From NCBI GenBank assembly GCA_030827135.1, contig JAURFE010000003.1:12923-76922 (forward strand): 64,000 bases of DNA, written 5' to 3'. The notes under the pieces are model-generated. The model was given only the letters and a program-made list of their open reading frames with translations. It ran no database searches and was not told the origin of the DNA. Each line of letters opens with the position of its first letter. The stretch's first letter is position 1. Both the position numbers and the translations under genes were made by a program. Shown piece after piece: positions 28,865-35,717 of this stretch. This stretch comes from Vicinamibacterales bacterium. Lineage in GTDB: Bacteria > Acidobacteriota > Vicinamibacteria > Vicinamibacterales > SCN-69-37.

Positions 28865-28888
28865 AAGTGGGAACTATATCATTCGGCC
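28865..28888. promoter_or_regulatory. 24-nt divergent intergenic region with overlapping -10-like hexamers on both strands (putative back-to-back leaderless promoters)
   Basis: Plus strand: TATATC (28875-28880), 8 nt, ATG 28889. Minus strand: TATAGT (28878-28873), 8 nt, GTG 28864. Confidence 0.5.
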
Positions 28889-29446
28889 ATGTTCACCATT
28901 CTCAAGATGCTGCGGCAGTCGAAGGGACGCCCCGAACAATCCGCGGTGGCCATGCTGGGAATCAAAGGGGGCGATACGGTGCTGGTTGCCGGCGCAGGCC
29001 ACCCCGATCTGGCCGGAGCGATTGGGGCCGTCACCGGCCTGAACGGCCAGACCACCGTTGTGGACAATGCCGAAGGCGCAGCCGGCCGGGTGACCAAGGC
29101 CGCCGCAGACGCCGGAGCGCTCCTCGAGTTCGTGCAGGCTCCCCTGGCGATGCTCCCCATGGACGGACACACCTTCGACGTCGTGATCCTGCCAATCGGC
29201 CTGGCCGCGCTCGGTGCCCAGGCCCCGCTGGTCCTGGGTGAGGCCATTCGCGTGGTCCGTCCAGGAGGCCGGATCGCGGTCTGCGAGCCGCTCCCCCGCC
29301 CGGGCCTGTTCCGCCTCGCCCAGACCAAACCGCTGACCGATCCGAAGGACGTCGTTGCCCGCCTGACCGCCGCCGGCCTGCGCGCCGCGCGTTATCTGGG
29401 AAGTCTGGACGACATCGCCTATTTCGAAGCGGCCCGTGCCCGCTAA
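28889..29446 (+). CDS. class I SAM-dependent methyltransferase-like protein (185 aa)
   Basis: ATG 28889. Motif-I-like DTVLVAGAGHPDLAGAIG and VRPGGRIAV. The rest of the listed 623-aa ORF is antisense to the MIPS gene and is rejected. Confidence 0.5.
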   Translation: MFTILKMLRQSKGRPEQSAVAMLGIKGGDTVLVAGAGHPDLAGAIGAVTGLNGQTTVVDNAEGAAGRVTKAAADAGALLEFVQAPLAMLPMDGHTFDVVILPIGLAALGAQAPLVLGEAIRVVRPGGRIAVCEPLPRPGLFRLAQTKPLTDPKDVVARLTAAGLRAARYLGSLDDIAYFEAARAR

Positions 29447-30186
29447 CGCAGGCAGGTCAGGTGGCGGCCGCCGTCGATCGAAATCGTCTCCCCCGTAATC
29501 CACGACGCGCGGGGTGACGCCAGCCAGACGATGAGTTCGGCGATCTCTTCCGGGGTGCCGGGACGACCCAGCGGATGAGTGGCCCTGGAGTGCTCAAGAA
29601 ACGCGGCATACCGCGCTTCGTCCATCCCGCCCCGGCGGTGCAGGTTGGTCACCACCACTCCGGGATTCACGGCGTTGACGCGGACACCATTCGCCGCGAG
29701 ATCCAGTGCCGCACAGCGCGTGAGTTGATCGACCGCCGCCTTGCTGACGCAGTAGGACAACAGGCCGGGAAACGCGCGGGTGCCGGCCACACTCGACAGG
29801 TTGACGACGGACCCGCGAGTCTCTATGAGCGACGGCGTCGCGTCGCGCAGCAGACGAAACGACGCGCGCAGGTTGATGTCGAGCATCGCGTCAAAGGCCT
29901 CGTCGGTCGTCTCCTTCACCCCGGCCGAGGCAATCACTCCGGCGGCGTTCACCAGCACATCGATACGACCGTGCCGTCGGCGCGCCTCCGCGACGATCGC
30001 GGCGGGCCCTCCCGCTGACGTCACGTCCATCACAAACCCACCCGGCCCCAACGCCGCGCCGTCCCGGCCGACGCCCATCACGGTGAGGCCATCGGCGGCG
30101 AACCGTTCAGCCGCCGCCTTGCCAATTCCTGACGATGCCCCAGTGACCACCGCGACACACCCTGCACCCCACGCCTGTTCGCTCAT
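29443..30186 (-). CDS. SDR-family oxidoreductase
   Basis: TGASSGIGKA cofactor motif, NAAG, and catalytic YCVSKAAV (YxxxK). Confidence 0.85.
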   Translation of the reverse strand: MSEQAWGAGCVAVVTGASSGIGKAAAERFAADGLTVMGVGRDGAALGPGGFVMDVTSAGGPAAIVAEARRRHGRIDVLVNAAGVIASAGVKETTDEAFDAMLDINLRASFRLLRDATPSLIETRGSVVNLSSVAGTRAFPGLLSYCVSKAAVDQLTRCAALDLAANGVRVNAVNPGVVVTNLHRRGGMDEARYAAFLEHSRATHPLGRPGTPEEIAELIVWLASPRASWITGETISIDGGRHLTCLR

Positions 30187-30363
30187 GCGCGCAGTTTATC
30201 GCGACCCCCTGTTGCCGTCCGCCGCTCGCGCCGAAACGGCAAAAGTGACCGAGCTCTATTCGACCCGGGAGATCGCCGCCGCCGCGGATGTCCCGGTGGA
30301 GCCCGAATCCCGGCGGCTGGGAGGGATTGCCCCTCGCCGACGCGCCCGCCCGAGCGGTCACCG

Positions 30364-30800
30364 GTGGCGGCACCTGTCGTGCCTGATACAGGAGACGCCA
30401 AAGAAGTTGTCGGCGTCGTCGACGCCCCTCCGCAGTCGGCTCCGCCGAGTCCCAGTCCCGGCGGCGGCGACATCGGGTCCGGGCTGGGCTCCGGGATCGG
30501 CGAGGGTGACGGCCCCTTCCGCCCGGGCAGCGGTATTGATCCCCCCAGCTCCTGAGGGAAGTGCGCCCGACGTACACCGAGGACGCGCGCCGACGCGGGC
30601 GTGAAGGAGATGTCGTCCTCGAGATCGTGGTGCGCCGTGATGGCACCGTGGGCGGTGTGCGCGTTTTGCATGCGCTCGGCAGCGGTCTCGACCAACGCGC
30701 GATTGCGGCTGTGCGCCAGTGGCGCTTCTCGCCCGCGCGTCGTCTGGGATCGGCGGTCGATGTACTCGTTGAAGTCGCTGTCGGATTTTCGTTGAGGTAA
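30364..30800 (+). pseudogene. TonB C-terminal-domain protein, reading frame broken at a C6 homopolymer
   Basis: The Pro/Gly-rich linker frame (GTG 30364 ...GDGPFRPGSGIDPP) stops at 30553-30555. The TonB C-terminal domain (QLLREVRPTYTEDARRRGREGDVVLEIVVRRDGTV...WRFSPA) continues in another frame from the C6 run at 30541-30546. No TM helix is evident in any frame upstream. Confidence 0.55.
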
Positions 30801-30806
30801 CTGCTG

Positions 30807-31535
30807 ATGGAGTCCCTGCTCGTCGTCGTCATGGTGATCGCCCTTGTGCTGGCGGTGGCCATGTGCCTGTTTGCGTGGCGGCTGCTGCGACGCGATCGGT
30901 CACAGACTGACGCGCGCGTCGCACATCTGCGGGCACTCGCGACCGCGGCAGAGCCGGAACTCGACTGGCGACGCGACGAGCGGGAGGCGTCGGCGATCGA
31001 AATCACGTACAACGCGCCGGGCCTGTTCGATGCGGCGTCGCCCGAACCGGTCCGTACGAGCTGGGGCGCGCTGTTTGCCGTTGTGGCGATCTTCATGGCC
31101 ATCGGTGCGGCGTCGGTCTACGCCCTGTATGGGTCGGCGCCTTCGAGGGCGTGGTCGACACTTGCGGCGCCACCGGCGGACGCTCCGCTTGAACTGGTCG
31201 CCTTGAGCCATCGCCGCGATCCTGCAGGTGAATTCATCGTCACCGGACTTGTGCAGAATCCCGCAGCCGGACGCGCCACACCAGCACTGAGTGCCGTCGT
31301 GTACTTGTTCGGAGCCGACGGGGAGTACTTTACGTCGGGCACGGCGTCGATTGACGTGCCGGTGCTGGCGCCAGGTGATCAATCTCCGTTCACCATTCGT
31401 CTCGCAGGCATCGGGAAGGTGAGCCGGTTCCGGCTGGGATTCCGTCGGCAGGACGGCGGAGTGTTCGCCCACGTGGACCGTCGGGGCGAACCGCTGGCCG
31501 GCACGACGGCCGCCACCGTGGAGGAACGACCGTGA
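30807..31535 (+). CDS. hypothetical membrane-anchored protein
   Basis: N-terminal TM (LLVVVMVIALVLAVAMCLFAW), a second TM (WGALFAVVAIFMAIGAASVYALY) and a C-terminal beta-rich domain of about 110 aa. No family recognised. Confidence 0.55.
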   Translation: MESLLVVVMVIALVLAVAMCLFAWRLLRRDRSQTDARVAHLRALATAAEPELDWRRDEREASAIEITYNAPGLFDAASPEPVRTSWGALFAVVAIFMAIGAASVYALYGSAPSRAWSTLAAPPADAPLELVALSHRRDPAGEFIVTGLVQNPAAGRATPALSAVVYLFGADGEYFTSGTASIDVPVLAPGDQSPFTIRLAGIGKVSRFRLGFRRQDGGVFAHVDRRGEPLAGTTAATVEERP

Positions 31536-31609
31536 CCCTGGCGCGCGCCGCGGATTTACGGCGTCGTAGTGCGCCGGTGCACCGATGCACGGTGCTAGGC
31601 TAATGAGCC

Positions 31610-32374
31610 GTGTCTGAGACCGCGATCACCTGGCTGGCTGCGCTGGGCCTGTCCGTCGTTGGCAGCATCGGGGGCCTCCTGGTGGCCGGCCTGTTGCTGC
31701 TGTTCGACAAGCGTGTGCGCACGCATGTCGTGCCGTGGCTGGTGTCTTTTGCCGTCGGCACGTTGCTGGGCGCCGCCGCGCTGGTGTTGATGCCCGAGGC
31801 GCTTGAGACACTGCCGCCCGCGCGGGCGTTTGCCGTCATGCTCAGCGGCATCCTCACGTTTTTTGTCCTAGAGAAACTGGTCCTGCTTCGGCATTGTCAT
31901 GACGATGAGGCGTGCGACGTGCATCAGAGCACGGCGACGCTGGTGATCGTCGGCGACGCGGTCCACACGTTCGTGGATGGCGTGGCGATTGCCGCATCCA
32001 CACTGGTGTCAATCCCGGCGGGCATCATGACCGCGCTGGCCGCGATTGCGCATGAAATTCCACAGGAAGCAGGTGACTTCGGAATCCTGCTCGCGGCCGG
32101 CCACTCGCGCCGCAAGGCGCTGATGCTCAACGCGGCGTCGGCGATCGGGGGGCTGACCGGCGCGGCGCTCATGCTGCTGTTCGGCGCGAGTGTCCCCCTC
32201 GCACAGCCGTACGTGCTCGCGTTTGCCGCCGGCAACTTTCTCTACGTGGCCATGGCGGACCTGATCCCGCATCTGCACCGGGGAGAGTCGGACCCGAACA
32301 GCCTGCGCCAGATCGTGCTGATCGGCCTCGGTCTGGCCACGATCGGCCTCATGCACCAGTACTTCGGGCATTGA
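31610..32374 (+). CDS. ZIP-family divalent metal transporter (ZupT-like)
   Basis: HEIPQEAGDFGILL signature and about 8 TM helices. GTG start. Confidence 0.85.
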   Translation: MSETAITWLAALGLSVVGSIGGLLVAGLLLLFDKRVRTHVVPWLVSFAVGTLLGAAALVLMPEALETLPPARAFAVMLSGILTFFVLEKLVLLRHCHDDEACDVHQSTATLVIVGDAVHTFVDGVAIAASTLVSIPAGIMTALAAIAHEIPQEAGDFGILLAAGHSRRKALMLNAASAIGGLTGAALMLLFGASVPLAQPYVLAFAAGNFLYVAMADLIPHLHRGESDPNSLRQIVLIGLGLATIGLMHQYFGH

Positions 32375-32390
32375 GTGCCGAGGTGGCGAT

Positions 32391-32726
32391 GTGGCGTCCG
32401 GCCGTGTTGACGCCGGACGTGAGATGAGCGGCACCGTGCGTGGCGCCGGCCCCTTTGGCGACCCCACGGCGACCGTGCTGCTCTTCCCCGACTCGCCTGC
32501 CAGCGTGAGCACTCGCCGGATGCGCAGCGTGCGCGTCCGCACCAACGGGACGTTTTTCCTGCCAGACCTGCTGCCCGGCCGCTATCGAATCGTGGCCATC
32601 GACGAGGCCGACGCCGAGGGCTGGATGGCGCCGGACCGCCTCCGGGCCCTCCGGGCGCGGGGCATGCTGGTCGACCTGCGGGACGGTGACGCCAGAGTCG
32701 TCGAACTGCGCCGCCAGCGGGAATAA
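32391..32726 (+). CDS. orphan fragment homologous to the C-terminal domain of the adjacent CarboxypepD_reg-repeat protein (possible gene remnant)
   Basis: TVLLFPDSPASVSTRRMRSVRVRTNGTFFLPDLLPGRYRIVAIDEADAEGWMAPDRLRALR aligns with SIVIFPTDPRYWVPQARRIQSVRPGTDGRYTVRNLPPGDYGLAAVTDVEPGEWFDPAFLRELL at the C-terminus of the 32792..34891 product. No signal peptide. Confidence 0.4.
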   Translation: MASGRVDAGREMSGTVRGAGPFGDPTATVLLFPDSPASVSTRRMRSVRVRTNGTFFLPDLLPGRYRIVAIDEADAEGWMAPDRLRALRARGMLVDLRDGDARVVELRRQRE

Positions 32727-32791
32727 CCCTCCAGGAGCGCCGGTCTAAACGGGTGTGACACCCCGGGCGTAACTCCGGTCAAAGGATCCTG

Positions 32792-34891
32792 ATGACCATG
32801 ATTTTGCACGCGCGCACCAATCTCCGAGTGGCGGTGGTACTTGCTGTGGCCGCCAGCATCCTCATCAGCCCCCTGCTTTCCGCTCAAGGCGGACAAGGCG
32901 GCACGGCCCAGCAGGGTGGACGTGGCGGGGTACGAGGCGCGGCTGCGGCACAGGCTCGTGATGCCGCACAGGTGCCTGTGGTCGGGACGGGCATGATCCT
33001 CGGGCAGGTCATCAGCGGCGACGCCGGCACGCCTGTCCGTCGTGCGCGGGTCACACTCAGCGGCGCCGAGTTGCGCGGCCAGCGATCCACCGTGACGGAT
33101 GATGAGGGACGGTTTGTCTTCACGCAGCTGCCGGCAGGCCGCTACACGATGAACGCCTCAAAAGCCGGCTACGTGACCATCGCGTACGGCGCGAAAGCGC
33201 CGGGTCGTGCGGGCACGCCCATTCAACTGGCCGACGGACAGAAGCTTGAGGGCCGGCCCATCCCGATGCCCAAGGGTGGCGTCGTCACCGGCGTGGTCCT
33301 CGACGAGTACGGGGAGCCGTCGCCCGGTACGGCGGTGCGCGCGCTTCGTCAGGTGATTCGGACCGGCGAGAAACGTCTGGAGTCCGCCGGCACGAGCACG
33401 ACTGACGACCGCGGGATGTACCGCATTTACGGACTCCAGCCGGGGCAATACGTCGTCACCGCCCAACCCCGGAACACGGGACTCGGCATCCTGCAGACGT
33501 CGGTCGCGGCCGAGATTGAATCGGCACTTTCGCAGATGCAGCAGCAGATGGGCGGACGCGGCGGCCTCGGCGTGCTGGCCGGCGTCGCCGGACAGGCGGG
33601 GCGCGGGGGCCAGCTCGGGGACCTCTTGCAGGGCATGGCGGGTGGTCGAGGCCAGCAGATGCTCGATCAACTGCAGCAGCAACTTGATCCGGATGGCCAG
33701 ACCTCCGTGGGATACGCGCCGGTGTTTTTCCCGGGCACGACGTCGCCGTCGGGGGCCACCATGGTGGAGGTGGTTGTCGGACAGGAGCGGTTCGGCGTGG
33801 ACTTCCAGCTGCAGCTGGTCTCGACCTCCCAGGTGAGCGGCACACTCTCCGGACATGACGGGGCCGTGCCGGCCGGAGCGCAGGTCACGCTCGCGCCACT
33901 CGACACGCTGCCTGGGCTGCCGGGGGCCACGCAAACGGTCCGCGCCAATCAGACGGGCGGCTTCAACTTCCGCAATGTGACGCCGGGTCAGTACCGCGTG
34001 ACCGCCCGTGCCCAGATTCGCCTCCCGCAACCCGGCACAGAAACCGAGGTGCCGGCCGCGCAGATGGGCGGACGCGGCGGCGGACGTGGGGGGCGTGGCC
34101 AGAACGTCCCGACGGAGATCCTGTGGGCACAGTCGGAAGTCACTGTCGATGGTCGTGACGTGAACGATGTCGCGTTGCAGTTGCAGCAGGGCATGACCAT
34201 CACAGGGCGTGTGGTGTTCGACGGCACGCGCCTGTTGCCGCCGGCCGACCTCACGCGTGTCCGCGTCACGCTCACATCGGTCGGCACGCAGGACGGAGAA
34301 TTCGGCGGCGTCCCGCCGGCCACCGTTGATGCCTCAGGCCGCTTCACGATCACCGGCGTCCCGCCAGGCCGGTACTCCCTGCGTGGCAGTGCACCGGCCG
34401 GCACCGGAGGGCCCGGCGTGGGTCAGGGCGGCGCTCTTGCCGCAGGCGGCGCCGGTTCATGGCAACTGCAGTCCTCACTGGCGGGCGGTCGCGAAACACT
34501 CGACTTTCCGCTCGAGATTGGTCCGAACATGAATGTCGGCGATGCGGTGATCACCTTCGCCGACCGCACGACGGAGCTGAGCGGACTGCTGCAGGACGCG
34601 CAGGGCGTCGCGACATCCGACTACTCCATCGTCATCTTTCCCACAGACCCGCGGTACTGGGTGCCGCAGGCACGGCGCATTCAGTCAGTCCGCCCCGGCA
34701 CCGACGGCCGGTATACCGTGCGAAATCTGCCTCCCGGGGACTACGGACTCGCGGCCGTCACCGACGTCGAACCCGGCGAATGGTTTGATCCCGCATTCCT
34801 GCGGGAACTGCTCGCGGCGTCCATGCGGATCACCCTCAACGACGGCGACCGCAAGACGCAGGACATTCGGTTGGCGGGAGGATTGCCGTAG
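32792..34891 (+). CDS. secreted carboxypeptidase-regulatory-like (CarboxypepD_reg) multi-repeat protein
   Basis: Signal peptide ...VVLAVAASILISPLLSAQG. Repeated G.V.D..G.P..GA.V.L...........TD..G.F.F..L.PG.Y motifs. AAAGGA SD lies 6 nt upstream. Confidence 0.8.
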   Translation: MTMILHARTNLRVAVVLAVAASILISPLLSAQGGQGGTAQQGGRGGVRGAAAAQARDAAQVPVVGTGMILGQVISGDAGTPVRRARVTLSGAELRGQRSTVTDDEGRFVFTQLPAGRYTMNASKAGYVTIAYGAKAPGRAGTPIQLADGQKLEGRPIPMPKGGVVTGVVLDEYGEPSPGTAVRALRQVIRTGEKRLESAGTSTTDDRGMYRIYGLQPGQYVVTAQPRNTGLGILQTSVAAEIESALSQMQQQMGGRGGLGVLAGVAGQAGRGGQLGDLLQGMAGGRGQQMLDQLQQQLDPDGQTSVGYAPVFFPGTTSPSGATMVEVVVGQERFGVDFQLQLVSTSQVSGTLSGHDGAVPAGAQVTLAPLDTLPGLPGATQTVRANQTGGFNFRNVTPGQYRVTARAQIRLPQPGTETEVPAAQMGGRGGGRGGRGQNVPTEILWAQSEVTVDGRDVNDVALQLQQGMTITGRVVFDGTRLLPPADLTRVRVTLTSVGTQDGEFGGVPPATVDASGRFTITGVPPGRYSLRGSAPAGTGGPGVGQGGALAAGGAGSWQLQSSLAGGRETLDFPLEIGPNMNVGDAVITFADRTTELSGLLQDAQGVATSDYSIVIFPTDPRYWVPQARRIQSVRPGTDGRYTVRNLPPGDYGLAAVTDVEPGEWFDPAFLRELLAASMRITLNDGDRKTQDIRLAGGLP

Positions 34892-34921
34892 GGCGGCCCG
34901 CTGCAGTTCAGCGGGCCCTAC
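34888..34921. repeat. REP-like palindrome between convergent genes; its arms supply both stop codons
   Basis: GTAGGGCGGCCCGCT-gcagttc-AGCGGGCCCTAC. The plus-strand TAG (34889-34891) ends the 699-aa gene, and CTA (34918-34920) is the TAG of the minus-strand lipoprotein gene. Confidence 0.75.
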
Positions 34922-35694
34922 TTGCGCAGTTCCTTCAGGCGCACGCGCCCGCGCCGAATCACGAACCAGATGATCGTGAGCAGCAACGCCACGGCGGCTG
35001 CAAACGCACCAGCGAAGAGGAACAGCGTCTGGTAGAGGATCGACTCGGGTTTGGTAAAGACTTCCATCACAACCGGCGTGCCGGCGCGACGATCCGTGAG
35101 ACGCTGCTCCCACGTCAGGATGTTGCCACGCTCCGTCGAGCCCGGCTCGTTGTCTTCCAACCGCCGCACGTTGTGGTGCAACACCTTGCTCGGCAGGTGC
35201 AGCTTGAAGCCGACCAATTCGGCCCCGGTCCACTTCACGTCCCCCGGGGAGGCGCCGGCCGGTGCGCCGACCGTCTGCCGGTAGACCAGCCGCTCCTGTC
35301 CCACCTCGTCCCGTGCCCGGTCAAAGCTGTACGTGGACCACGCCAACACGCCGCATGACGCGGCCTTGCGCACGTCGGGCACTGTCAGGCTGACCTGCAC
35401 AAACCGGCGCCCGTCGCGACGCCAGGGACGGCCGACACGCTGCACCTGACAGCCGGCGGCCTCAAACACCCGGCGGACGTCCTCGGTGTTCAGGCGCGCG
35501 GACGGCGACACATCGAGGGCCACGCCGCGCAACGCCACAAGCGCCGGCACGGAGGCCGCAATCACCACCTGCGCCGACCCGTCGACGCTGAGATAGGTCT
35601 GTTCGTCGTATTCGTAGTGCTGGACCAGGGGATTCGAGCAGGCGCTCACCCCCACCAGCACCACCAGTGCCACCCACGCGCCACGAAGACTCAC
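34918..35694 (-). CDS. hypothetical lipoprotein with C-terminal TM anchor
   Basis: GTG 35694 gives MSLRGAWVALVVLVGVSAC (lipobox). C-terminal TM LFLFAGAFAAAVALLLTIIWFVI. The listed ORF extends to 35775, but that part overlaps polA. Confidence 0.55.
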   Translation of the reverse strand: MSLRGAWVALVVLVGVSACSNPLVQHYEYDEQTYLSVDGSAQVVIAASVPALVALRGVALDVSPSARLNTEDVRRVFEAAGCQVQRVGRPWRRDGRRFVQVSLTVPDVRKAASCGVLAWSTYSFDRARDEVGQERLVYRQTVGAPAGASPGDVKWTGAELVGFKLHLPSKVLHHNVRRLEDNEPGSTERGNILTWEQRLTDRRAGTPVVMEVFTKPESILYQTLFLFAGAFAAAVALLLTIIWFVIRRGRVRLKELRK

Positions 35695-35717
35695 GACCGA
35701 ATGATATACATTCTCTC
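35695..35717. promoter_or_regulatory. 23-nt divergent intergenic region with -10-like hexamers (putative leaderless promoters)
   Basis: Minus strand: TATATC (35708-35703), 8 nt, GTG 35694. Plus strand: imperfect TATACA (35705-35710), 7 nt, GTG 35718. Palindromic GAATG-ATATA-CATTC core. Confidence 0.45.

Noticed and set aside
27575-28888. N-terminal 438 aa of the listed 623-aa plus-strand ORF
   Set aside because: Antisense to the inositol-phosphate synthase gene. Only the last 185 aa (from ATG 28889) look like a real protein.
30185-30363. ATG 30185 as the start of the TonB-like gene (listed 274-aa frame)
   Set aside because: It would overlap the divergent SDR start codon (CATG) and leave no promoter space. 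The downstream translation in that frame is Arg-rich with no TonB features. Only an HTH-like LYSTREIAAAADVPVE stretch is suggestive, so the N-terminal region is left unassigned.
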